Shown in pieces: positions 19,790-29,145 of a stretch of DNA of 64,000 bases. A program made the position numbers and the translations under genes. Every line of letters begins with the position of its first letter. Positions within the stretch are counted from its first letter, which is position 1. The notes beneath the pieces are model-generated. The model made no database searches. It saw nothing but the letters and a program-made list of their open reading frames with translations, and was not told the origin of the DNA. The DNA is from a virus (lineage: Duplodnaviria; Caudoviricetes): the IMG/VR virus record IMGVR_UViG_3300046694_000619; one strand, 5' to 3'.

Positions 19790-20899
19790 ATGAATACCCG
19801 TATCGCTTCTGCTGGTGGCTTTTTTGCCCGTTTTCAGATGTCAAATTATCAGAGCGGTCTGCTGAAGAGCTATCGCTGGTTCGCCGTCATCATCCTGACC
19901 ACCATCCTCGTGTGTGCGGCGGGCTACGGTATCTCGATGCTCACGTTCGTGGTCAACTCGAGCTGGGTCGCGCCGGTTATCCTGAGCAAGTCCGACCCTC
20001 ACGTCGCGCAGCTCGCAGCCCAGGTGTTCCAGGCCAAACAGAACTACGACCAGATGAAGGGCGAACTGGATAGCGCGGAACAGGCGCGCAACCTGCTGCA
20101 AACCCAGAAAGACTGGCTCTCGGGCATCATCGCCCGCTACGAGCACTCGCTGGGCGACGAGCAGAACGCCAATGCGCAGTTTAACGGCCAGCTGCAAAAG
20201 CTGGTCTCTGAGCGCAAGGCAATCAATGCCCGCTCGGCGCAACTGGTGGCGGCGAACCGTCAGGTGTCGGACGGCATCGACCAGTCGCTCAAGGCCGGTC
20301 TGGTGACTGCGGTGACGGCAACGCAGGCTCGGGCAGGGCTGGTGTCGGCCGAGCAGGCATTGGCGGACAGCAAGGTGGCCGTGGCGACGATTGACAACCA
20401 GATTTCACAGCTGACGCGGGGCGTGCAGTCCCTCGGCGGTGGCAATAGCTCGCCGGAAGCCATGCAAAGCCTCGCCCAGGTCAGTATCCTTAAGCAGGAA
20501 CTGAATGAAACGAACCTGAAGCTCGTGCAACTGAATGCCGACGTGAAGGTTAAGACCAAGGAAGCTATCGAACTGGAGTCGATGCTCAACGGCCTCAAGG
20601 CCAGCCCGTACTACATGGCAGCCTACGGCGACAAGGACATCCGTCGCTTCGCGTTCGTGCCGTACGACAACGAAGAATCTGCACATATCGGCGCTCCGGT
20701 GTACTCGTGCAAGGCTGAAATCGTGCTGTGCTTCAAGGTGGGCCGTGTGAAGGCGATTACGAAGGACGAAGAACACGCACAACACCCGCTGTTCAGCACG
20801 CAACTGCGCGGCGTCCTGGTTGAACTGGACCTCGACGACAGCAAGGCAGCCAAGGACCAGGTTCTGTTCGTCGGTCACAGCCCCTTCTACATCCTCTGA
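19790..20899 (+). CDS. membrane-fusion-protein-like periplasmic adaptor
   Basis: Single N-terminal TM, long coiled coil, beta-rich C-terminus. Confidence 0.6.
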   Translation: MNTRIASAGGFFARFQMSNYQSGLLKSYRWFAVIILTTILVCAAGYGISMLTFVVNSSWVAPVILSKSDPHVAQLAAQVFQAKQNYDQMKGELDSAEQARNLLQTQKDWLSGIIARYEHSLGDEQNANAQFNGQLQKLVSERKAINARSAQLVAANRQVSDGIDQSLKAGLVTAVTATQARAGLVSAEQALADSKVAVATIDNQISQLTRGVQSLGGGNSSPEAMQSLAQVSILKQELNETNLKLVQLNADVKVKTKEAIELESMLNGLKASPYYMAAYGDKDIRRFAFVPYDNEESAHIGAPVYSCKAEIVLCFKVGRVKAITKDEEHAQHPLFSTQLRGVLVELDLDDSKAAKDQVLFVGHSPFYIL

Positions 20900-21091
20900 T
20901 TCTCCAAAGCCGGCCGGGGCCAACGCTCTGGCCGGTTTGTCTTTTTGGCCTATCGAAACAACAGGCCAAACGTATAACATAAAACACGTTTCAAGCACGC
21001 AAATGCGTTGCTGTGCAAGCTGTTTTCTGTTATAATGAAGTCATTAGTAGTTCATCACGAATAACATTAAACGCCGATACGAGGTAGGACC

Positions 21092-22159
21092 ATGCAACCC
21101 AAGTACAAGACGCTCGCCGTCGCAGTGGCGCTCGCTGCCCTCTCGACCTCCAGTTTTGCCGATGAATCCGACGCCTTCTGCAATCTGACGCAGGCTCAGG
21201 CGGAAGTGCAGAAGCAGTTGCTGGGCTCGGCTCGGATGTTTGCTACGACCGGCAACCCTGCAACGGGCAACAGCAGCACGGTTACAGTGGGCTTCAGCAA
21301 GTCCCTGTCGAAGCAGCTGCAGGCCAAGACGACGGGTGAACTGGCGGATGCAACCTGCGACTCGTATCGCGCGGACCGTAAGCTCGCAGAGCAGGCGCAA
21401 AACGTCGAGCAGCGCGGCAACCTCCATGCGTTCGAGGCGATGGAGCCTCTGCTGCGTCAGGCGCTCGATACAGCAAGCGCCAACGTGGCAACGGAAGAAG
21501 CCAAGCTGCGCGCCCATACGGCGACGCTTGCCGACGTCAAGGCGGCCTATGACGCTCGTGACGTGGTGCGCAGCCTCCTGACGGCGCTCCAGCAAACCCG
21601 CAGCCGCATTGCAAACCAGTTGCCCGAAGCCGAAGTGCCGCTCGGCGGCCTGGTGCATGACGCAATCACGGCGCACGCTGCCGTGGCGAGCGAAACTGCC
21701 CATCTGGCCGCACAGTCGGCGTGGGATGTCTCCATCGCGGCCGGCGCACAGACGGACCCAAGGAATGGCGGGACAACCAAGCCGTTTGTCGGCCTCACGG
21801 TCACGTACAGCTTCGGCGCGGGCGCTGCGAATCGCGCGGCGAACACGGTGGCCGGGCTGTCCGAGAAGTATGAAAACGAACAACGCGATGGTCCGCTGCA
21901 GCAGTACATCCGGGCCAAGGAAACGGCGCACGGCCTGATTCAGGCGGAAGAGGGCGTCCTCCAGGGGCTGTATGAGCGCAAGACGCTGGCCGACAACACG
22001 GTCGACCGGCTGAAGGGTATCCAGACCGATGATGCGCAGCGCGCACTGCGTCAGGCGAACCTGGAGCAACTCGGCGTCCAGGCTCAAATCGCCGGTTCCG
22101 AAGCGCGGCTGGACTATCTGCGGCTCTGGATTGCTCGTAACGCGGACCCGCGAGGCTGA
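21092..22159 (+). CDS. secreted coiled-coil protein, putative TolC-like outer-membrane channel
   Basis: Signal peptide (SSFA-D); two repeats of beta-hairpin (STVTVGFSKSL; PFVGLTVTYSF) followed by long helices. Confidence 0.5.
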   Translation: MQPKYKTLAVAVALAALSTSSFADESDAFCNLTQAQAEVQKQLLGSARMFATTGNPATGNSSTVTVGFSKSLSKQLQAKTTGELADATCDSYRADRKLAEQAQNVEQRGNLHAFEAMEPLLRQALDTASANVATEEAKLRAHTATLADVKAAYDARDVVRSLLTALQQTRSRIANQLPEAEVPLGGLVHDAITAHAAVASETAHLAAQSAWDVSIAAGAQTDPRNGGTTKPFVGLTVTYSFGAGAANRAANTVAGLSEKYENEQRDGPLQQYIRAKETAHGLIQAEEGVLQGLYERKTLADNTVDRLKGIQTDDAQRALRQANLEQLGVQAQIAGSEARLDYLRLWIARNADPRG

Positions 22160-22374
22160 CCTGAAGCCTGTCGACTAGCCAGGCGCCAGTGCGAGTTCAC
22201 GTATTGCGCATTTAACGATATACCATAGTAATTAGGCCTTCTTTCTGTTCCTGTTATGTTTGTTTTGTGCTATAATGGGAACCATGCACTGATTAGTTCT
22301 ACTTGCCGGTAGCAGTGCTCGAAAACCACATCATTGCCAGCGCAGCTGGTACAAATTCTACGGGACGTTAGAAA

Positions 22375-23673
22375 ATGAACAAGACTTCGCAAATCGCTAT
22401 CATCGGCCTCGGTTATGTCGGCGCACCGCTCGCGCTGGAGCTGGCCAAGCACAACAACGTTATCGGTTTCGACATCAACGTCGAACGCGTCACGGAACTG
22501 AGCCAGGGGCACGACCGTACTCGCGAAATGGCGAGCGACGAGCTCATGGGCCTGCTCGCAGACAAGCGCCTGATGCTGACGGCCGACGTCGAGAACCTGC
22601 GCGAAGCTGACATTTTCATCGTGACCGTCCCGACTCCGGTGAGCGATGCGAACGTGCCCGACATGGGCTGCGTGCTGGCGGCCACCCGCACGGTCGGCCA
22701 GGTGATGAAGAAGGGCGCCATCGTCGTCTACGAAAGCACGGTCTACCCTGGTGCGACGGAGGACGAATGCCTGCCGGTCCTGAAAAAGGTCTCGGGCTAC
22801 GAATACCCGCAAGAATTTGCAATCGGCTACTCGCCGGAGCGTATCAATCCGGGTGACCAGGTGCACCGCCTGACGAACACGACCAAGATTGTCTCGGGCG
22901 ACCGTCCGGAAGTGCTCGAAACCCTGGCTGCCCTGTACGGCTCGATTACGAACATCCACCGCGCGCCGGCCATCAAGGTCGCAGAAAGCGCGAAGGTGCT
23001 CGAAAACGTGCAGCGTGACGTCAATATCGCGCTCATGAACGAGGCGTACCAGATTTTCAATCACTGCGGCGTGGATACGCACGACGTGCTGGCGGCAGCG
23101 GGCACGAAGTGGAACTTCTTGAAGTTCGAACCGGGTCTGGTGGGCGGCCACTGCATTTCGGTGGACCCGCACTACCTGAGCCACAAGGCCGCAACCGAAG
23201 GCTTCCAGGCCAAGCTCATCATGGCTTCGCGTGCAACGAACGACGCAATGCCCGCGTTCATCGTCGACCAGCTGGTCAAGAAGATGGTCAAGACGGTCGG
23301 GCTGAACCGCGACACGGTCGTGACCGTGCTCGGCGCGACATTCAAGGAAAACGTGCCGGACGTGCGCAACTCGAAGGTCGCGGACATCTGCGAAGAACTC
23401 GGCAAGTACGGTGTGAAGGTGCAGGTCGTTGACCCGCTGGCCAACCAGACCGAGGTCGAGCACGAGCTGGGGCTGACGATGGTTTCGCTGGCAGATGCGC
23501 AAGCGAACCCGGCCGACGCGGTGATTCTCGCTGTGCCGCATCAGGACTTCATCGCCGACGGCGGCTGGTCGCTCATGGAAAGCCTCGCCAAGCCGGAACT
23601 GGCGCTGGTGATGGACTTCAAGGCGAAGCTGAACGCCGAAAACGCTCCGGCTCACCTGCACGTCTGCCGCTAA
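22375..23673 (+). CDS. nucleotide-sugar 6-dehydrogenase (WbpO/TviB-like UDP-HexNAc dehydrogenase)
   Basis: GLGYVG, VPTP, YESTVYPG, YSPERINPG, GGHCISVDP, FKENVPDVRNS. Confidence 0.93.
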   Translation: MNKTSQIAIIGLGYVGAPLALELAKHNNVIGFDINVERVTELSQGHDRTREMASDELMGLLADKRLMLTADVENLREADIFIVTVPTPVSDANVPDMGCVLAATRTVGQVMKKGAIVVYESTVYPGATEDECLPVLKKVSGYEYPQEFAIGYSPERINPGDQVHRLTNTTKIVSGDRPEVLETLAALYGSITNIHRAPAIKVAESAKVLENVQRDVNIALMNEAYQIFNHCGVDTHDVLAAAGTKWNFLKFEPGLVGGHCISVDPHYLSHKAATEGFQAKLIMASRATNDAMPAFIVDQLVKKMVKTVGLNRDTVVTVLGATFKENVPDVRNSKVADICEELGKYGVKVQVVDPLANQTEVEHELGLTMVSLADAQANPADAVILAVPHQDFIADGGWSLMESLAKPELALVMDFKAKLNAENAPAHLHVCR

Positions 23674-23815
23674 TCGCGCAGCCACAACCCCTTTCTATCG
23701 GCAGCTGGAGTGTCCCCTCCGGCATTTTATAGCCCGGCCAAGTGCCGGGCTTTTTTTGCGAACATGAAAAAAGCCGCAGCGAACTGCGGCTCGAGAGGTT
23801 TGAGACGGGTAGTGC

Positions 23816-24112
23816 TTAGACCGGCAAGGCATTCTCGACGGGGGAATCCTCAACGAGCCAGCCGGGAAGACCAGCACGCATGCAGGCAGCCGCGGACGCG
23901 CCACTTGGGCCATCGTCAGGCACCACTTCTACCAGTTTGACGTCGGCGGGGGCAGGAGTCGACCAGGTCTCCATGTAGTCACGCGCGTCAGCTTCGGAAG
24001 GGAAGGTGACTGCCGAGGGCTGACCCGCAGCATCCAGGTTCGTCCAGAAGCCCAGACCGAAACACTCACCCAGGAACACGCCATTCTCTTTGCTATAAAT
24101 GACCACAGCCAT
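23816..24112 (-). CDS. hypothetical protein
   Basis: 98-aa ORF with GGAG RBS. Confidence 0.6.
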   Translation of the reverse strand: MAVVIYSKENGVFLGECFGLGFWTNLDAAGQPSAVTFPSEADARDYMETWSTPAPADVKLVEVVPDDGPSGASAAACMRAGLPGWLVEDSPVENALPV

Positions 24113-24227
24113 TGCATTTCTCCAGTTTTGTCCACGAATTTTACAAGGTACTCACGCAGTATAGGGTTCGCCTGGCGCAAACCCGGGCACCCAGAGAAAG
24201 TGTTCGCATCATCCGCTTGACCGGCGA

Positions 24228-24260
24228 CTATACTTAGATGTAAAATGCGATTAACGATTA
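24228..24260 (+). promoter_or_regulatory. -10 element plus candidate NrtR operator (prs-like gene)
   Basis: ctatacttagatgtaaaatgcgattaacgatta; contains the reverse complement of TAATCGTTAATCGCA. Confidence 0.6.
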
Positions 24261-24286
24261 ACAATCAACCAACAAAAACCATCACC

Positions 24287-25165
24287 ATGAACCACATTGC
24301 ACTGCACTCGTTCACCGCCGAAGGCGACATGACCAGCTACCCGGACATCCAGTTCATGTCGTTCCCGGGTGGCGAGCGCCACGCCCGTCTGCCGGTTGAC
24401 GACATCCTGCTCGCAGGCCCGGTGTCCTTCTGGAGCATCGAAGCGCGCGTATACACGCCGGCTGACATCATGGACCTGATGCTCGTCACGGACGCACTGC
24501 GCCGGGTGATTCCCGCAGGCAGCATACTGAAGCTCGTGATGCCCTACGTGCCGTACGCCCGCCAGGACCGTGTGGCCGTGGACGGCGAGCCGCTCTCGAT
24601 TGCGGTCTTCTGCAACCTCATCAATGCCCTGGCCTTCGACCAGGTCGAAATCTGGGACCCGCACAGCGACGTGACGCCCGCGCTCATCAAGAATGTGCGC
24701 ATCCGTCCGACGCGCGACCTGATGTTTGCTGCGTTCGGCATGAAGGGCGGGGCAAGCCTGCTGCGCGACTGCGCGTTCGTCGCCCCCGACGCTGGCGCCC
24801 GCAAGCGTGTCTCGACGCTCGCCAAGATGTTCAACACCGACGTTGTGTTCGCCGACAAGAAGCGCGACCCGGTAACGGGCAAGCTCTCGGGCGCGCAGGT
24901 ACAGGGCGATGTGCCCGCGAAGCCGCTGCTCGTGGTCGATGACATCTGTGACGGTGGCGGCACCTTCATTGAACTGGCCCGCGTGCTGCGCGAAAAGACG
25001 GACCAGCCGCTGTACCTCTATGTCACGCACGGCCTGTTCACGAAAGGCCTGGAGCCGCTCAAGGCCGCCTACGCTGGCGTGTTCTCGGCGAACTGCCGTG
25101 ATGCAGAAATCGCGAGCCAGCTCGGGATTTTCGAATCGGCTGAACTCGAAGGCGTGAGTTCCTGA
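24287..25165 (+). CDS. ribose-phosphate pyrophosphokinase family protein (Prs-like, candidate ADPR-PP synthetase)
   Basis: FPGGE, PYVPYARQDR, DPHS, APDAGA, VVDDICDGGGTF, YVTHGLF; start revised to MNHIAL. Confidence 0.92.
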   Translation: MNHIALHSFTAEGDMTSYPDIQFMSFPGGERHARLPVDDILLAGPVSFWSIEARVYTPADIMDLMLVTDALRRVIPAGSILKLVMPYVPYARQDRVAVDGEPLSIAVFCNLINALAFDQVEIWDPHSDVTPALIKNVRIRPTRDLMFAAFGMKGGASLLRDCAFVAPDAGARKRVSTLAKMFNTDVVFADKKRDPVTGKLSGAQVQGDVPAKPLLVVDDICDGGGTFIELARVLREKTDQPLYLYVTHGLFTKGLEPLKAAYAGVFSANCRDAEIASQLGIFESAELEGVSS

Positions 25166-25236
25166 CCAAAAGTCTTTGACAAAATCGCATAGTATGAAAT
25201 ACGATTTTCGACTTCACAAGTCACCCAATCATTAGC

Positions 25237-26163
25237 ATGCCCGAATCGGTGTTGTCCGGCCCCAGCTACGTTTACGCACTCTGTGACCCGCGCAAGCCAC
25301 TTGATGACGCGAGAGGGTTGCCTTACGAGCCGTTCTACATTGGGAAAGGTTCTGAGCGGCGAGTGTTTGCTCACTTTCGGAACGGAGTCTACCAGAACAC
25401 ATACAACCCTCATAAGACGAGGAAGTTGAAGCGAATCCGAGCAGAGTGTGGTCGAGATGCCTTGATAGTGTTTATTCGTGACGGCCTGACCGACGCTGCA
25501 GCATATGAACTGGAGGCTGTCCTCGTCGGCCAATGGGGCCGTCTGAACGATGGTACTGGCGTATTAACAAACGTGACAGCGGGCGGCACTGTTTTGAGCG
25601 AAAAGGCGTACGCGCCCGAAGTTATTCGAAAAGTTGCAGCGAGCCGGAAGGGAATACCGCTGACTGAGCAGCATAAGGAAAGCATCCGACGAAGGGCTAT
25701 CGGTCGTCGGCCTTCTGATGAGACGAAAGAGAAGATTCGCATGGCGCGCCTGACGCGCGCGGTACCGGTCTCCGACGAGACGCGGGAGAAATTGCGAGTG
25801 GTGCATTCGGGCAAGCCTAAGCCTGTGGGCTTCGGGCAACGAGTGAGTGAAGCAAAGCAAGGCAAGCCCAGGCCCGACAACGTAGGCAGGCTGAGTAAGC
25901 CGGTTTCGATGTATGGTGTCGATGGTTTGCTCCTTGCGACATATCCGAGTGCTCGCATTGCGTGGGATGTTACTGGCGTCGACTACAAGGCTATCAGTGC
26001 TTGTTGTACCGGAGCTCAAAAAACCTGCTGGAAGGCCGACAAGTTGGTCACCTTCAGATTCGGGGCGGCGGACGAAATTGAACAATTGAAATTGGCCAGC
26101 CGGGGTCGCCATGTTTGCCGGGCTCCAAGAATTGTCTCAAAGAAGAGGCTGGAGCCACTTTAG
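25237..26163 (+). CDS. free-standing GIY-YIG homing-endonuclease-like protein with NUMOD3-like repeats
   Basis: YVYALCDPR...FYIGKG..R; SDETKEKIR and SDETREKLR repeats; NUMOD1-like C-terminus; AT-richer codons. Confidence 0.8.
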   Translation: MPESVLSGPSYVYALCDPRKPLDDARGLPYEPFYIGKGSERRVFAHFRNGVYQNTYNPHKTRKLKRIRAECGRDALIVFIRDGLTDAAAYELEAVLVGQWGRLNDGTGVLTNVTAGGTVLSEKAYAPEVIRKVAASRKGIPLTEQHKESIRRRAIGRRPSDETKEKIRMARLTRAVPVSDETREKLRVVHSGKPKPVGFGQRVSEAKQGKPRPDNVGRLSKPVSMYGVDGLLLATYPSARIAWDVTGVDYKAISACCTGAQKTCWKADKLVTFRFGAADEIEQLKLASRGRHVCRAPRIVSKKRLEPL

Positions 26164-26277
26164 AGATTGAGCCCTAGCCGCCAAGGCTAGCTGTCCCGCA
26201 TAACGCACGGCCGCAACCTTCGAATTGCGACGCAGAAGTCAAATGCACAAAACTGTTTGACATAGAAAGCTTTTGTG

Positions 26278-26304
26278 CTATACTTAATCGTAAGTCGCAA
26301 CTAA
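26278..26304 (+). promoter_or_regulatory. sigma70-like promoter -10 plus candidate NrtR operator (nadV-like gene)
   Basis: TTGACA upstream, TGTGCTATACT, then taatcgtaagtcgcaactaa. Confidence 0.7.
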
Positions 26305-26342
26305 CACCTAATACCGCGTAAAACTCAAGAAGGATTTTAACC

Positions 26343-28064
26343 ATGAATGCACCGCACGCACCCGCCGCAATCCCCGCCGCCCTCAAGAACGGCACCATCC
26401 CCATGAATCTCGCGGATTTTTATAAAACCGGGCACCCTGGCATGTACCCGACGGAAACGAAGACGCTGGTGGCAACGTTCACGCCGCGCGGCGACAAGTA
26501 CGCGCCGGTGCGCAACTCGCCGTTCTACGACAAAAAGGTGGTGTGGCACGGCCTGAAGGGCTTCATCAAGGAGTTCCTCATCGACAAGTTCAACGCCGAC
26601 TTCTTCACGATGTCGAAGGAGCAGGCGGTCCGCAAGTTCAAGCGCCGCGTGGACTCGGCCCTGGGCGCGGGCAAGGTCGCGATGACGCAAATCGGAAAGC
26701 TGCACGACCTGGGCTATCTGCCGCTGGAAATCCGTTCGCTGCCCGAGGGCAGTCGTGTGTATATCAAAGTTCCTCCGGTGGTCTTTATCAATACAAATGA
26801 TGCCTTTGCTTGGGTCTCGACCTACTTCGAAACCCTTTTCAGCACGGAAATGTGGAAGCCTTCGACGGTCGCCACCATCGCATTCGAATTCCGCAAAATT
26901 CTCACGTATTTCGCCAAGCTGACGGGCTCGCCGCTGGACTTCGTCAGCTGGCAGGGCCACGACTTCTCGATGCGCGGCATGAGCGGCGTACACGACGCAG
27001 CACGCAGCGGCAGCGGCCACCTGCTTTCGTTCTGGGGCACGGATACCATTCCGGCCATCGACTACATCGAAGACTACTACGGCGCCGACTCAGACGCGGA
27101 GCTCATCGGCGGCTCGGTGCCGGCGACCGAACACAGCGTCATGACGCTGCGCATCCTGCTCGTCACGCAACGCCTGCAGCGCGACCCGGCGAATGCGGGT
27201 ATGGACGGAAAGGCACTGCGCAAGATGGCCGAATTTGAGGTCGTCCGTGAACTCATCGCCGACCTGGTCCCCACGGGCATCATCAGCATCGTAGCGGACA
27301 GCTTCGACTACTGGAACGTCATCACGGACATCCTGCCGCGCCTGAAGGACGTTATCAAGGCACGCAAGCCGGACGAGCTGGGCAATGCCAAGGTCGTCGC
27401 GCGTCCGGATAGTGGCGACCCGGTCAAGATTCTGACGGGCTACCTCAACAAGGAACTGGTCTGCGATGCTGCGGGTACGCCGGTGTTCAGCGAAGGCCGC
27501 TACACGGCGCTGGACGGCACGCGTATCACCGAAGCAGAGCGCAAGGGTTCGGTGGCATGCCTGTGGGATTCGTTCGGCGGCACCATCACGAGCACCGGCC
27601 ACAAGCTGCTCGACCCGCACATCGGCCTCATCTACGGCGACTCGATTACGCTGGACCGCGCAATCGCCATCCTGTCGCGCCTGGCTGCCAATGGTTTCGC
27701 CTCGGGCAACGTCGTGTTCGGCATCGGCTCATTTACGTACCAGATGCTGTCGCGGGACTCGTTCGCCTGGGCAATGAAGGCGCAATACGCAGAAGTCGGC
27801 GACGAAGTTGTCGAAATCTACAAGGACCCGGCAACGGACGACGGCACCAAGAAGTCGGCGGTCGGTCTGCTGCGTGTCGAGAAGGAAGGTGATGACTTCG
27901 TGCTCTACGACCGTCAGACGCGCGAACAGTTCGACCAGGGCGAACTGAAGCCGGTCTTCCGCAACAGCCAGCTGCTCGTCGATGAAAAGTGGGCTGTCAT
28001 CCGCGAACGTCTGCTGTCCTCGTGGGTCTGCCCGGAACCGGGTACCGTCCAGTTCGCAGTCTGA
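26343..28064 (+). CDS. nadV: nicotinamide phosphoribosyltransferase family protein (NadV/NAMPT-like, candidate Namat)
   Basis: DFYKTGH, HDFSMRG, GTDT, VPATEHSV, SIVADSFD, RPDSGDP, IYGDSIT, FGIGS, KDPATD. Confidence 0.93.
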   Translation: MNAPHAPAAIPAALKNGTIPMNLADFYKTGHPGMYPTETKTLVATFTPRGDKYAPVRNSPFYDKKVVWHGLKGFIKEFLIDKFNADFFTMSKEQAVRKFKRRVDSALGAGKVAMTQIGKLHDLGYLPLEIRSLPEGSRVYIKVPPVVFINTNDAFAWVSTYFETLFSTEMWKPSTVATIAFEFRKILTYFAKLTGSPLDFVSWQGHDFSMRGMSGVHDAARSGSGHLLSFWGTDTIPAIDYIEDYYGADSDAELIGGSVPATEHSVMTLRILLVTQRLQRDPANAGMDGKALRKMAEFEVVRELIADLVPTGIISIVADSFDYWNVITDILPRLKDVIKARKPDELGNAKVVARPDSGDPVKILTGYLNKELVCDAAGTPVFSEGRYTALDGTRITEAERKGSVACLWDSFGGTITSTGHKLLDPHIGLIYGDSITLDRAIAILSRLAANGFASGNVVFGIGSFTYQMLSRDSFAWAMKAQYAEVGDEVVEIYKDPATDDGTKKSAVGLLRVEKEGDDFVLYDRQTREQFDQGELKPVFRNSQLLVDEKWAVIRERLLSSWVCPEPGTVQFAV

Positions 28065-28070
28065 GCGGCG

Positions 28071-28097
28071 AGCCCCCGCCCAGCGGGGGTTTTCTTT
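28071..28097 (+). terminator. intrinsic terminator
   Basis: cccccgc-cca-gcggggg-ttttcttt. Confidence 0.75.
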
Positions 28098-28127
28098 GCG
28101 CAATAACTCACGGCACGAGCCATGTCG

Positions 28128-28152
28128 CAATCGTTAATCGCAATTTACGACA
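28128..28152 (+). promoter_or_regulatory. two overlapping candidate NrtR operators (autoregulation)
   Basis: caatcgttaatcgcaatttacgaca upstream of nrtR. Confidence 0.6.
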
Positions 28153-28192
28153 AAGTATGATATACTGTGTAAACAGTATTCGAGAGGTCTCC

Positions 28193-28867
28193 ATGCAATA
28201 CGAACGCCCAGATTTGTTTGTCGACATCGCCTTGCTGACGATGATTGACGGTCGCCTGAAGGTCGCGTTGTATCCGCGCGAGAAGGCGCCGGACGCGGGT
28301 ATGTGGTGTCTGGTGGGCGGGCAAATCCACACGAACGAAGACGCGGACATCCGCGCGGCCGCGCTGCGCACACTGCGCGCCAAGCTTGATTTCGAGCCGC
28401 GATACATCGAGCAGGTGTCCACGGAAGGCAATGCGCTGCGTGACCCGCGCCGCTGGTCTGCCACCGTCGTGCACCTGGCGGTGAATTCGCCAGACGTGCT
28501 GTGGGACCTGGTTGACCGCCGCGGCATGCAGCTCTTTGACCTCGAGGACGACGGGGCTCACCTGCCCGAGAACATGGCGCTGGACCACCGCAAGCTCCTC
28601 ATGATGGCGGTCGAGCGGCTGCGCAACAAGGCCGCGTATTCGACGATTGTGGCGCACTTCCTGCCCGAAGAATTCTCGCTGCCGGATTTGTTGTCCGTTT
28701 ACGAGTCGGTGCGGCAGAAGCCGTGTAACGCGGCGAATTTCCGGACGAAAATCATGAAGGAAGACGTGCTCGAAGAATCGCCGACCACGTTGTTCAGCGG
28801 AGGACGGCCGGCTACGGGCTACCGGCTCAAGGAAAACATCGCCTATTTCAACCGCGAACTGTACTGA
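28193..28867 (+). CDS. nrtR: NrtR-family regulator (degenerate Nudix + winged HTH)
   Basis: Nudix box lacking Glu residues (AALRTLRAK), RDPR, DH, FSLPDL..VYE, NFR, GRPA; adjacent to NAD genes. Confidence 0.88.
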   Translation: MQYERPDLFVDIALLTMIDGRLKVALYPREKAPDAGMWCLVGGQIHTNEDADIRAAALRTLRAKLDFEPRYIEQVSTEGNALRDPRRWSATVVHLAVNSPDVLWDLVDRRGMQLFDLEDDGAHLPENMALDHRKLLMMAVERLRNKAAYSTIVAHFLPEEFSLPDLLSVYESVRQKPCNAANFRTKIMKEDVLEESPTTLFSGGRPATGYRLKENIAYFNRELY

Positions 28868-28884
28868 CCACCCGGGTTGCTACC

Positions 28885-29109
28885 ATGAACCAGGACCAGG
28901 CGCAGCGCGACAGGCCCCTCCCGCCGAGCTATTGGGCAATCCTGGCGACCATTCGCCAGACGCCGCGATACCGGTTTGTGGCCAGTGAGTACCGGCTCGC
29001 AGAGCGAATGACGAAGGCGGGCATGCTGGAGCGCAAGGACGACCGGCGCTACGCAGTCACCCAGTACGGACAACGCTGCTATAGCGCCAACAAGGTGCTG
29101 GCGGCCTGA
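28885..29109 (+). CDS. small hypothetical protein (wHTH-like)
   Basis: 74-aa ORF in operon. Confidence 0.5.
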   Translation: MNQDQAQRDRPLPPSYWAILATIRQTPRYRFVASEYRLAERMTKAGMLERKDDRRYAVTQYGQRCYSANKVLAA

Positions 29110-29145
29110 AGAGCGGTCAACGACCGCGGATACATCGAAAGGACA

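Noticed and set aside
25166-26340. Group I intron housing the GIY-YIG gene
   Set aside because: Both flanking genes are complete with their own stop/start and promoter, and the spacers are too short for an intron core.
28162-28179. LexA SOS box (atactgtgtaaacagtat)
   Set aside because: The spacing is CTGT-N4-ACAG, not N8. It may be another operator, but I cannot assign it.
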